Origin: Auanema rhodensis
Lineage: Eukaryota > Animalia > Nematoda
Assembly: GCA_964057225.1 (NCBI GenBank)
Contig: OZ059894.1
Span: 7,626,001-7,690,000 of the forward strand
Length of the DNA: 64,000 nt
Direction: 5' to 3'
Shown here one piece after another: positions 1 to 13,600 of the stretch. The position numbers and the translations under genes are program-made. The notes below the pieces were generated by a model. That model did not search any database. It was not told where the DNA came from and was given only the letters and a program-made list of their open reading frames with translations. Position 1 is the first letter of the stretch. Each line of letters starts with the position of its first letter.

Positions 1-8
1 TAACTAAC

Positions 9-114
9 CTGAGCAATAGGGTTATCAAAAGTTCTTTCTTTATCATCTTCATCTAATGCTTTATATAATTCGCAACTTCGTCCATGTCTTCGCGATAAAG
101 GGGCTACCATAGAA
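9..114 (-). CDS. exon of an unidentified gene continuing off the left edge (SMVAPLSRRHGRSCELYKALDEDDKERTFDNPIAQ)
   Basis: TTTTCAG acceptor at 115-121, CAG|GTTAGT donor at 8, open frame with protein-like composition, phase 2 entry. Confidence 0.75.
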
Positions 115-920
115 CTGAAAAAAAAAGATTTTTGATTAAATTCAACAAAAATGTTGCTTTTGATGCAGAGTATTCTATTTCTTTTCCGTTTTAATAAATC
201 ATCTACTTCCAGAGGAACTGTTATATGTGAGTATTTCTCTTCCTTCGTTTTCAAATCCTTATATTTATTCTTTTTTTTTATGAATATATAGTTTGCTTTT
301 TTTTTAATAAAATTTAATATATTTATAAAATTTTAAACAAATTTCTGATTAAAATTCATCATTTTCATTATCTTTTATAAATTTATTCTGAATATAATAT
401 TCAATTTCAATAAAATATGTTCATAAGCTGAATATTTTGATTAGATTTGATAAAATCGTGTATATAATCATTATAAATAGCTAAACGTTTTATGTTTTTC
501 AATAAAAAGTAATAAAACACAAATAATTTTGAAATTTTAATAAGTATCTGTATCTATATTTGTGGGGAAAGAAGATTGATCTATGGCAGAACTTTGAATT
601 AAAATTTGAAACGAAGATTTGACCAGATATTTACAATTGAAAGTTTATATTTTCATTAAATATATAATTAAATTCTGATAATGTATAGAATATAATACAT
701 TCATAATCTTATGTACTCTCAATATTCTATAGTTTATACATATAAACATGTATGTATATATTATATATAATATATATAATTGTAATAATTAATAATAACT
801 ATATAAATTTAATTATTAAAAGAAAGTTTGAACACAGATGATATATCTTATATAAAAATTAGTTTAATTTCACTTAATTATATGTAATAATTTAAGTTTA
901 AAGTTATTGTTCCTGCTTAC

Positions 921-994
921 CGACATCTCTGAGAATGTAGAATACTGTCAGAGTATTTGTGATACATGACATAACGTGGATATGGCAAAGACAT
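921..994 (-). CDS. candidate alternative first exon of the left gene (MSLPYPRYVMYHKYSDSILHSQRC)
   Basis: ATG at 994, CG|GTAAGC donor, phase 2 matches exon 9-114. Confidence 0.5.
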
Positions 995-2634
995 TTTCGT
1001 ATCAGAGCATAACTTAAGAATTAAGATATTGGATTAAATGAAGAAAATGACATATATTCCGGAGTTATCAACCAATATACTAAGAAATACAGTTTTAAAA
1101 CTACATAAACATTGATTAGAGCATAGGTTAAAGGTGAAACAAGCTGGACGTTTTCATATTTGAAGCATGGAAAATTGCCAAAAGTCATTGTCTTGAATTT
1201 TTTGCATATGAACAAAAACAATTTTTTTGAGCGAAAATCAAATAATCAGATGGAAGATATGACTATTTTGAACAGGTTGAAGAGCACATTTGCCTGCAAT
1301 TCAAATGAGATGTTTTCATGTAACGGCAAATCGTCCAGACAAATCGTCAAAAAAAAAGAATTTAGTTGATATTGTTGTAGACAAACTGGAAAACAGATAT
1401 ACATGTATGTATGTAGGTACATACATATCTTGGCCAGTAAAGTTTGGATTGTAAAAAACACATAATTTAAAGAAGCAAAACGAATTATTTAACAGAAAAT
1501 AACATAAAATTAGAAATAAAAAGTGAGAACCAGAAAAAGGAAGTTAAAAACAGTCCATGAAAGCATTTGTTATAAGGTAAACTAGTTAAGTATGGAAATG
1601 AACTCAACAAGCAACACGTTGTGCAGGAAATAAGAGAAGATAATCCTGTAGGTGCTAACCTATAGAGTTGTAAGTTAATGCTAAGATTCGATATATCAAA
1701 AAATGGGTAAAAAGAAGAAAGAGAACAAGAGTATTTGAGAAAAAAGATGGAGAAGTGGTAAGAAGAGGATTGAAAAAACTGAAAATGGGTGGAGAACATG
1801 GTTAACATTGAAGTAATAAAGATCAGAAAAGTTGTTTATACATACAAAACTTAAAAAAGATCAAGTAAAGAACTTGAATAACTTTCTAGACTAAAGGAGG
1901 AAATGAGTATATCTTTCTTGAGAAAAAAAATTATAATTTTAATAACTGAAGATATGAGATGTTCTCTACGTTTCATAAGCTGACCTGGATATACATATAT
2001 AGATATATAATGAAAAATATTGAGAAGAATTATTAAAACTGAATAGAGAAGAGATGAAAATAGCCATGCCTCTTGACGTTTGGCTATGATTACGTAGAAG
2101 GAGAAGATTCAAACCTTTCTTTCAGGATCACTTTAGAGCTTTTTCAAAGAAAATGCTTGCTCTATTTGGCATTGGCATTGATGATCCAAAACGAAAAAGC
2201 AAAGAGCAAAGTCAAATGAAAATGAAAATTTAGCTTAAAGATGATGAAGATGAAATAGAAAATGGAAAAATGAAGTAAATGTCTCAAAATATCAGATAAG
2301 AACGAGAAGATTTCAATTCATTTCATGATATTTTTCTCAAAATTCAAGACTTTCAATTATAAAATGTAATGAAATATTTTATTATGTAGTGTTGAATTTG
2401 ATGAAAATAGTATGAAACCTGTTAAACTAATTCCATGCATAAAATAAGTTTCATATATTATAAGTATATTGAATAATTGAGAATAAACTTAATGTATAAT
2501 TAAATAATAGTAAGGGTGGTCGAAAACTAGAATACAAATAACTGTAGAGAATAATATGTTTAACTAATATATTTTTCTAAAATATTTAATTTTTAATGAA
2601 TTTTTTCGTTAAAATAAATAAATATGAATAAATT

Positions 2635-2637
<3 letters not shown>

Positions 2638-2665
<28 letters not shown>
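2638..2665. repeat. (AT)n microsatellite
   Basis: ATAT run. Confidence 0.9.
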
Positions 2666-2668
<3 letters not shown>

Positions 2669-4797
2669 TTATTTATAATATGTATGATATAGATAGATTA
2701 GTATAGTATTTTTGTTTCTCTCAGAAACTGATGCAAAGGAAAGAAAGTATGTTTTGGTAAGATATAGCATAGTACTTTGCTGAACCTGTCGAGCATGTTT
2801 AGCATAAGTTTAGTGACTTTGCACGAGTATTTGACAAAAAATTTTTATAATTAATTGGGCTGCAACTAAAATTAAAAACAACCTCAGTTGCCGAACTATA
2901 AGTATGTACGTATAAGCACACATATGGACTCATAAATGAAAAATTTCACAAACATTTCAGAAGAAAAGACAAATTCTTTTATAAATGACAGAAAAATATG
3001 TAAAACAACAAGCGAAATAGTAATCACGATGAAAGTTGAACTGAAAGTCATCATAGGGCAAACATAGTGAACAAGAAAATTGTCCAAACAATAGTTATGA
3101 AAAACATTTCTGATAGTTTCAGCATCAAGCATTTTTCAAGCATCAAGCTGTCAAAACATTTGATATTTAAGATTTGAAGAAGATTCAAAGAATAACATTT
3201 GTTTATATATATTTATACATATTGCCTTTATGTATAATATTGTGTTAATCAAGCTAACTATACTTGAAAATCAGCTTATTTTACTTGTTAAATATATGCT
3301 CACATATGTATGTTATGACAAAAAAAAGAAAATGACAAAAACTAAAATGAAATGGGGATCAAAAAGTAAAAAAAAATATGAAAAAATGGAAAGTTAAAGA
3401 GAGAGAGTGAGCGAAAAAAAGAGAGAGGGGAGGAGAGAAAGAGAGAGAAAGAGAGAGAAAAAGAAAAAGAGAGAAAGAGAGAGAGAGAGACATTTAAACA
3501 TGTTACGTGACTAAAATGTGATATATTCATTTAAATACAAGTGACATTGATATCTATATGTATATCATATATGTATATACATATAGGACTTGCTTTGAAA
3601 ATAAACATATTTTTTTAATTTTTCTCCAACATTTTTCAAAAAGAATGGATGACTAGGAGAAGAATACATTGAATATTTAACTAATTAACTATAAAGCAAT
3701 GTTCGTGTATTGAAAATTGAATAAGTAGATTCAATGTGACCATTTCTTCAAATTGACTACTCAGTGTAGAATGGATTTAGTTAAGAAAGAGGTTTGGTTG
3801 CTTTGAAATGTTCAATAGTCAGAATAGCAGGTTGAGCTGCAAACCTAAGCTAAATAATGATCAAAGGATTCTGAAGCATCTCAAGGAAAACAGAACAATC
3901 TTACTTAGTATTTGAAACATTTAAAAAGATAATATACAAATATTATGATTAATATTAAAATTTACAGTGGAAGAGAAAATTGGTAGAAATGAAAAAAAAA
4001 TTGAGGTATTGAGAAAATTTGGTTTTGTCATCCTAGCATCATTCAAAATTCAGAATTTAGAGAAAGATGAAAAGAATCAACATTCAATAGAGTTATATAG
4101 CTTACCAAGTTGTTCTTGTTGTTAAATTTTGAAAATGAACTCCAAAAACAAATAACATTTATGCAATAATTGAAAATAAAAATAAAAGTTTTCAATTCAT
4201 ACACTATCCACATAACAGACAATGGTTCATGTACCATAATGCTATTGCTGTCACAAGCTTACTTCTCAAGAAAATATGAAGCATTTATCTCATAATATTT
4301 GTTTTCTAAAATTCACAGTTTGTATATTTTATCTTTGATTTCCTCAGATCAATATTCCATTGATGTTATTATTCATATTCAGTCAATGTATTTAATGAAA
4401 GCAAAATCTATTTTCATATTTACAGCTTCTAATGCATTTGATTATCAATAAGCTTATCGAAACAGGATAATTGAGTAAAAAGTTCACTATGTTTGGTGAC
4501 TCATTCAGCTTTCTCAGATATTTTTGTTTCAAAGTTAATATGATGAATGTAACTTGATATGTATGTTTGTTGTTCATATTCAGAATATCTCAGTATTCAA
4601 CACGAGCAAAACTCACTTTATGGATGGAGTGGCAGCGGAGACTGTATGACCTTTCACTAGAACTCGTATTCCAGCTTCATTGGACATGTTTGCTGGACAA
4701 CTTCTGCAAAAACATCTTAAAAGCAAACCATTTCTCTGTTTTTGAATATTTTCAGAAACTACAACTACGTTGATAAATGGATGTAATTGAAACCTAC

Positions 4798-4837
4798 CCT
4801 GAGGGCAAAGTAGACAATGAACTTGAGAGATTGCTAC
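4798..4837 (-). CDS. 40-nt internal exon of the left gene (SNLSSSLSTLPS)
   Basis: TTTACAG acceptor, GG|GTAGGT donor; phase 1 in and phase 2 out links the upstream phase-1 exons to exon 9-114. Confidence 0.6.
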
Positions 4838-5503
4838 CTGTAAACACATAATATAGAGCACGAAAAAAAATCTTTTTCTTTTACTTTTTAAGAAACAAAA
4901 TTTTTTTTTGAGTTATTGAAAACTATATACATACATATATTCACAGCTACCTATATATATAATATATAATATATACATATAGCTAGTTCAATTTGAATCT
5001 TTTCAACTTGAAAATAATGTCTGACCATTATCAAATAAATATATTTTATGATGATTATTTTAATAATTGTCATTTTATTAGACATAAGCTATAATTTGAA
5101 ATTAAATTTTATTCTCATTTTATATGTGCTTTTCCGCAAAAAAAAACTTTTTTTTTTCATAAAAAATGTTCATATTTTGTAAAAAAAATAAAAAATGCTG
5201 CACTATTTTTAAGACATAGTTAGCATATTGAACCCCAATATGCTAATATTTTAAATGATGGAAGCGTGCTTTCAAAAGAATATATTTTTTTATTATTTTC
5301 AAACAAATCAAATATATGGAGCGGTTGCATTCACTCTAGCGACATCTGATACAAGTCTCAACGATATGGGCTTTCACATATTATTTTTATTTCATCTTTT
5401 GATCTTATTCTCATTTCAGATTGATCACATGCATAGAAATATACACTGAATATTGTTCTTATGACACGCAAAAACGGACTTCCAGTGGAATAATAGCGTT
5501 TAC

Positions 5504-5609
5504 TTGAGCGCTGGAGTTTACCACGACGTCGACGACCTTCGTTTGAAAAAGATCGAATACCGAAAGACGGCTTGGGGATGGCACTGTTAGGAAGATCGAG
5601 TGACGCCAT
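5504..5609 (-). CDS. candidate alternative first exon of the left gene (MASLDLPNSAIPKPSFGIRSFSNEGRRRRGKLQRS)
   Basis: GC-rich island, TTTTCAAG immediately before the ATG; three possible donors (exon ending at 5522, 5504 or 5447) are all phase 1, matching exon 4798-4837; true donor unresolved. Confidence 0.55.
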
Positions 5610-6317
5610 CTTGAAAAATTGTATTTAAAATGAAAGAGAGAAGAGCAAACGCATAAACATTACGAAAAGTTCAAAATGACGACAAACTGAATAAGATATT
5701 GGCAAGTTCTTAAGGATTATGATGAATTAATTGATTAATATGCGTTAATACCAAATAAAATGCTGTATTTCATATATTTCTTAACACATATTCTTTTCAA
5801 AATAATTATACATAAGCAGTTTTATTTTAAAAAATAAGTGTTGTTCTTTCAAACAAATGAATGGCTTATATGTAAAAGAACAGAAATATTGAAATCATGA
5901 GGTGCATGATGTATTGAAGGCAAATGCGGTAGTATAAACTATTTTGACTAGGACAGAATGGAATAAAGTATGAATAAAGAATTTTAAAAAAATAGAAAAG
6001 GATTGAGAAAATACAACAAATTTCAATTGGTAATTGACTATAGATCACTATATATGTGAAAATTGAGAAGATTATAAAAGTTATAATTAGAATAATATGT
6101 AAGCACATAATATCACACACAAAACTTTCACATATATGGTCAATATATGATATTAAAAGTGTGTTTCTTCGAGTTTTTTTTCTCTTTAAGTACTCGTTAT
6201 ATAAATTATATATTATATGCTATTTATATGTTATAGAGTTATCAAATATAATTATGAACTTTTCATATTTATCTGCCATCATGAAAAAGAGATTTGTCCT
6301 CTTGGAGACATGCTCAC

Positions 6318-6364
6318 CACTTGATCAAGCTGTGAGAGTATCCCAAGATGGAGTAATGTGTCAT
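6318..6364 (-). CDS. candidate alternative first exon of the left gene (MTHYSILGYSHSLIK)
   Basis: TTCTTCAG acceptor ending at 6410, ATG at 6364, TG|GTGAGC donor, phase 2 matches exon 9-114. Confidence 0.35.
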
Positions 6365-7737
6365 TTTGGGGTAGCCAATGAAGATTTTGTGCTTATAAGA
6401 TGACGTCTTCTGAAGAAATCTAAGGGGCGTTGGAAAAGGAAAGAAGAGGAAGAGAGAGAGACAGATAAAGACAGAGAAAAGGATGGATAAAGAGAAATAG
6501 AAAGAATAAGAGAACATGACTGCTTATAGATAGAACAAAGATTTGGAAATCAGATATTTTGCACATTTTAAAATTTAGAAACAAGGAGATAGATGAGATA
6601 GTTAGTACAAAGAAAGAAAAAGATTTCAAATAAAATTGACATTAATACATAGACAAGCTTTGATTTCTTGCTATGTGATGTAGAGAAACAGAAGGAAGCT
6701 AGGAAAAGGTGATGTGTGTCAGTGCGTTTCAGAAGCTTTAGGTGACGTTGAAGAATTACCAAAGGTAATACGTATCTATAAAGATGAAACAGAAGGATAT
6801 ATTACATATCGGATACAATAAATATAAAAAGTTCGCAATGGATTTGAAAGATATATCTCCTATGTAACTAAAGATAAACGGTAAATACACACATATCTAT
6901 TTATGTATAGTAAGTAAACGAATGATAAATGCTTAGATATTGAGAAATATTCAAATTTTCTCAAGCAAGGAGGGAAATAGTACAAAATTTTTGTTCATTG
7001 TACGAACATTTCTCTATATAAAAATGATTTTAGTAATTAAGCAAATGGTGGAATTGCAAAACAATTCAAATGCAAAGCAAAAGAAGCAAAAACCTTTGTG
7101 AAGGATATTATATATATATGTATATATATATATAAATTTGTTTGAAAATATTTTATATAATAAATAAGAATATATTTTTATTTTTATAATTTAAAATGAA
7201 TATAAGATTCGAGAATTCTTAAATGCTATACAAACCTCTGAATGTGATTGGATATGGATGAGAGATAGAAAAAAGAGGTGGTGCTGGTGATGTAGAACAT
7301 GAAAACGTATTTTCGAGGATATTCATGATGCTTTGAACGTTAAATAGGTAAAAAGAACATTGAAATATTCATTTTATATTCTTTTATTTGATTATATAAA
7401 ATATAAATCCACACATATCTATGTATATAATGAATAAATACAAATTGATAATCGCTGTCTGGTTCGCTAATACTACAATTGAATGACAACGATTTTTTTC
7501 TTCTTTTTTTTTTATCATCCTCAATATTATCAATTCAGAAAAAAATTAATAAAAAATACGAGTGAAAAGTTTTTTTTGGGAAAAACAGGTAAAAATAGTA
7601 TCACTATGAATACTTAAAATACAAGAATTTAGGCTCGCGAAAAGCGTTGACAACAACTATATACAGAAATAAAGATATATAGTAGATTGTAAGAAAAAGA
7701 GAGACAGGGAGAGAGTGAAAGAGAAGGAGAAAGTGAA

Positions 7738-7792
7738 AGAGAGAAAGAGAGAGAAAGAGAGAGAGATAGAGAGAGAGGGAGAGAGGGAGAGA

Positions 7793-7836
<44 letters not shown>

Positions 7837-7838
7837 GA
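7738..7838. repeat. imperfect (GA)n microsatellite
   Basis: GAGA run with occasional AA/GG interruptions. Confidence 0.93.
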
Positions 7839-10562
7839 ACTATATTCTTCAAATATTGTAACTATTGAATTCTAATAAAGCTGGCGATTTTTACTTCAAT
7901 GTTTGAATGAGTCAAAAAGAAAAAAAGGCAATTACATAACAATAATTGGAATGGTCAAATATTATTTATAGACATGTATAAAGATTAATACAAATGGAGA
8001 TGTAGAGAATAATTGAAATCATAAACTAATTGATATTTAATCTGAAATATAAAAGAAAATGAAAAGAATTTTCTGATAATAAAGGTAAATTTATCTAACA
8101 TTTCAATACATGATGTTAGAGTTTGATCTTTTCATAAAAGATGTACAATTAAAATTTTTAAAACAAGATTAATAATAGGCTTATAAAGAGTAAAAATGAA
8201 GTAAAAGGTAAGGTAAATGAGAAAGAGAAAAGGAAAGAAAACATTTTGAACTAAGAACTGAATCAAAAGAAAAATTATTGAAAAGAACATTTACGTGGTT
8301 AAGTTGGTTTTGCAGGATTATGAACATAAGTAAAGCTTAAAATAGTTATAGAAAGGAGCCAAAGTGCTTAAAGAAGACGGAAAAGAATATAATTATGTAA
8401 GAACGTGTTATAAAAAGCATATGATAACAAAGAATATTTCTCCTTTTTTAAAAGACGGAAAAGGTGGAAAATAGCGTCGCTCCTGCTTCCCTACACCCAA
8501 TGGTTGTTGCGGTCCACTAGCTTGTTAGTTAGTGTCTGAGAGGATAAATAAGCAAAAAAAAAGTTTTTTCAGTCCCAATTTTTGATATTTGCATGCACGT
8601 CATGTCGAATAAAGAATATTTTGATATCGAAAGCTACAGAGATAGGGGTGGAGCAAAAGATTGAATGATTGAAATCGTTGATATAGATGAGGGGGAAGAG
8701 AGGGATAAAAGAGACGGAAAAGCTAAAAGAGAAAATGAGAAAAAGAAGAGACTAGATAGTTCAAAAAATGTTTTCTGTTTTATTCTTTCATTTTATAAAG
8801 ATTAATTATACCTGAAATCATGAAAATGTTTCAAGTTTATATGGATTATCCTATTCGGATGTTATGGATAAAATTATTTTAAATATTTATGTTTATAGTT
8901 AAACAAGTAGAATTATAATAAAGAAAATCATATATTTTATATCGGAAATACAGTTTTTTTTGAAAATAGCATATGTACTCGAATACTGCATTCATTAGAA
9001 ATGAGATGAGCTGAACCATAACACAAGAAATAGAAGAAGCTAAACGTTTCTTTCTCTTCAAATGGGCCTTGAAATTATTATTTTCATATTGGATGACGAA
9101 AAGAAGCTCAGAAATGTGTTGCAATAGTGGAGACAGTAGTAGCTGTATATGAGATGAGAAATATGTATAAGATTCTCTTTTAATATAAAATTCTTTATTT
9201 TAATTAAGAAATTAAGTAAAAAAAAAGAAAAAATATAAATAGAATTATAAAAATAAATATACTATAATAGATAAAGGAAATGATGAAAAGTAGAATATCT
9301 AATATTAATATTCCTTAAGTATATTAGAATATGAACATAGTTGATTTTGAAGATCACATTGAAAACCATATTACTGAAAAGTTTCAGATATGAAGCTAGA
9401 TTATGAACATGGATTTAATGATTAGAAGAATAAAAACTTGAAAATAGACCAATTTTTATAGAAACAAGTGTAAACATTTAGAAAAAAAAATGTTTGTATA
9501 AGTTTTATTTTAATTTTATATAATATATATAATATTTATTATATATTATATATTTAATGGTGCTCTAGTATGAACGTCTCATCTAATAATAGAAATTGAG
9601 ACAAACCGGATATTATGATAATCAAAATAGATCAAATTTTGTGGCAAATACTTATATACCTTTTCGTATGAAATCAAATATCGAAGCTATTCGTGCATCT
9701 GATTCAATATGAAATTATTTTAAAATTAAATATCTACCAAACATAAGTTTCTGAATATACCAAATTATTTAATAAACATAATTTTCTTTAGTTTATGAAT
9801 AATTTAGTAGAGTTTTTCCTTTGTTTAGCTTAACTAAATATCAATTCAATTAATAACTAATCAAACTTCTTTTTTCTTAATTACAAAAATATCAATTTTT
9901 CAATATATAGTATGATATACTATAAAATATTTCATAAACTATATGAATACATATATGATGAAGTGCTTACTATAGCTTTTGTATAACAGGCGGAAGTAAA
10001 TAAAATTAAAATTAAATAATATAAAAACATTGAAGAAGTGAAAACAATTTTTCAAGTAGATTCAATTTTTGCAACATTCAACCTAAAATCTAGAAAAAAA
10101 CCCAATTTTGATAAAACATGGAGGAAGAGACTGAGAAGGGGGAAAAGTAAAAAGGAACCAAATGCTGTCTATGAGATATGAATAGACCAATATAGAAGAA
10201 CATTCATATATGCATGTTGAAATTTTTTTTCTCATATTCTTGAACTAAAACACAAAACTTTAATTATATTATAATATTATTTATGCATATAGAAGGAAAT
10301 AGTATTCGAGAATAGACATGCAATTTGTAAATGATGTCCTGAATGCAACCCACTTGATGGAACAATATTCATTGAAATGAACTTTGAATTTGCATTGACT
10401 TATAGTCTAATTTTCACGTTTTCACGTGTACTTGTGCATGGCATTACGTATTGGAGCAAAACATTATATTCAAATTCTTATGTATAGTAAACAATTATAT
10501 TAAAAAATTATAATGATTCTTACTCAATATACATATTAAGAATAATAATCATCATCACGTAC

Positions 10563-10697
10563 CTATATTATGACAGTACTCATGAGGATGAAGCCGATAA
10601 CTCGACGATGACGTATCTTGAGAAAATAACGGTTGGTCATCATCAACGTGGCAATATGAGGAAGCCCGAACCCTCATATCATTCAGTTTTCGAAAAT
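10563..10697 (-). CDS. candidate exon of the left gene (FRKLNDMRVRASSYCHVDDDQPLFSQDTSSSSYRLHPHEYCHNI)
   Basis: TTTCAG acceptor, AG|GTACGT donor, 135 nt open, phase 1 at both ends, joins exon 4798-4837 in frame. Confidence 0.6.
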
Positions 10698-13600
10698 CTG
10701 AAATGATTTCAGAGTACGAAATGTAATAACATTATAATCAAAAGACAAAAAAAAAGTCTTTAAGACATACAGATGCGAAAGACAAAAAAAATTTTATGGA
10801 TTAATGGATTAAAGAAAAATACGATGGAAACATTGACTGTTAACTATATGTATGTATATGTATATACATATGTATTTACACATCCACATGTTAGTATAAT
10901 ATAAAGTATTTATAAAAATTTCATATAATATGCATATGTATTTTTATATTTTTATTATAATTTTTTCATGTTTTCATTAGTTGTTAAATGTTTCTTTCTT
11001 GAAACAAAATAAGGTCAGAATAATTAATTCATTATTTACGTTTTGAGACCAAATATCCTTTATTTTTGTTTATTTTAAATTAAATATAATAATATATAGG
11101 ATTAACGAATAGATTATTTTGAGTAAAATGAAATTAAGTGAAAAGCTAGACAAGCTAATTAAAAAAATCACTACATGTTTAGATGATCAGCAAGTCAAAA
11201 AAATCATTCAAATCATCGTTTTCGAATAACTAATTTTCTTTGGCTTAATTTGAAAATTGTCTCAGATTAACTAGAAAGTGGTACTAGAAATGCATGCATA
11301 GAAGTAGCTTACATGTGTACATGTGTGTATGTATGTATCTATTTATTTTCTTTTTTTTTTCTTATTTCAATTAAAAAAAAGACAATCCTTTTCTAACTAT
11401 AATATTATAATAGAAAGTATGTATCAATTTACATAAAATAATAAATAATGTATTATATGGTGTTGATAACTAAGAGAAAAAAAAGATTTTTCCTTGTCAA
11501 CGTAATCTATAAAGATTTATAAAGTATTTGATTCAATTCTAGACATTCTGCTCCTTTCTATAAAGAATATTTGAGGGTTAAAACAGATAAATTATTAAAT
11601 AAAGAACAGGTGAAATGTATGAGTTGAAAATTAGTAAAATGATATCATTTAAGAAAAGTAGTGAGTCTGTTATATCATATGGAATCATTTTCTTTTAGTA
11701 ATTTATGTATAATGAAAATCTTTATTTTTGTTATCAGACCAGATAATTGAATGGTAGCTTTAATCTTTGAATATGATATAACAGCTAATTTTAAATTCAA
11801 ATAAGATGGATAGAGCTTTCAACTATAATTTTTATTTTTGTTTAATAAACTTAATAAAACGTTTAAAAATTATAAGATTGTTTTTAGAGAAATTTAGAAT
11901 TTATTCTAGTAATCTAGATACATACATACATCATGTATAATACAAGTACATGTGTATATCATATTTTCATGTTTTAAATTTGAAGAATTCGTCAAAAATT
12001 ATCATTTAAATCACGTAATAATCAAACAAAACGTTAAATTTAAAAAAGAAAAAAACGTAATAAGATAGAAAAAACATTTTTAGATTTGTAAAATAACGTA
12101 AGCATCTTATATGAACAACTAGAAGGTAAAATAGGAGAACAACAGTGGTAATTGCATTCATTCTTGGAGAAGCAGACGAATTGGAGTGGAATTCAAGTGA
12201 AGCACATTGTGAGACGAAGGACATTTTGAAATGAAGTTATGATATGGAGAAAAAGATTTTCGAAAGACTAAAATTGTTGAAAAACGTCTGTGAGTTGGAG
12301 AAGATGCAGAAAAGAAATTAGAGAAGAAATGGGACAGAGTGATGTGATACTATATTCTGGAAGTTAAGATAATTGGAAAAAAAGAAAAACAGGAAGATAG
12401 CTGATATACGCACATATATATAATCGAAATAACAGCCAATATTGAAGGGATGAAGGTTAACCCATACAAAGGGAAAATGGTATATACTGAGGGTTAAGAG
12501 AGTGGAAAGAGTGTTGTAGGAGGTGAGTACGGGAGTGAGAGAGAAAGCATGAAAACAGCAAACTGACTGCAGAGATGAAAAAGAAAATGAGAATGTAAGA
12601 GATAACAAGAGAGTGATTGGAGAAGATTACAAGATAAAGAGAGTATGAGAGCAAGAATGAGAAGAGGGCTGAGGAAAGACAATTGGATTGGCAATAAAGA
12701 GCTGATGACACATGCTCTCACGCAGAATCAGAAGAAGGACATTCGTCTGTTACTGCAAAAGCTAGCCATCTCTTAGCTTTCTGGGTGACCAATTTGTCTT
12801 CTGATGATTCAAAACCTCATCTGCGTCTAGTCTATAAGCTTGAAGCATGTGGAAAAGACAAAAGGGCTATGAAGTATAGATAGGCCAGGAAGATCGTGAG
12901 AGAAAACAAGAGAAAGAGAGATTGAAATATCTAAGACAGGATAAAGAAAAAAAAAGAAAAAAGCAAAGGATATTGGAAAAGAGAGGAAGGAAAAGAGAGA
13001 AAGATTGGGAGAGAAAAAGAGAGAGAGATTGAAAAAAGAAATACGGCTAGATTGGAAGGGATGGGTTGTGCGGGTTGTTGAAATCGAAAATAGGATGTTC
13101 CTCAACATGGCCATGATAGCCTCCGAATCAGCCAGATCAACTTGATTACATAAAAGGTCATTGTTAGTGATGTGTTCAAGAAAAAAATGCGAAAAGTCGA
13201 ATATGCTCGTTATAAGAAACATGAGTGATGTAACGAGAGCATAAAGGAAGTTAGAACTAGTTAACTCATGCAATAAGGCAAATTGCAACATAACCAAACG
13301 ACCTTATGTTTGTCAACTTTCTTGATTTACTCTGTTTTTGATTCAGATCGCAAAAAAACTGATTGAGCAATATGACATTCTAGCAGATGAACTCGTGCCT
13401 CTTTCTAAATGACATCAAAGACAAAGCTTGTCGACATTCGAGTCACATTGATCGTAAAGCATCAATCATGTCTCATTGGCGATCAATGAGCCTACTCATT
13501 CATGTGTGTCTGTGGCTGATGATCTCACAGGAACTGAAAAAACCACAGTTTTTGCATTTTATGGCCGGCTCAATGCCTTGAAAGTCTATTATAAGTAATA

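Noticed and set aside
12827-13297. 156-aa minus-strand ORF as a standalone gene
   Set aside because: No recognisable domain and a low-complexity tail. A part near 13045-13115 has a weak phase-1 donor and could be another first exon, but support is too thin.
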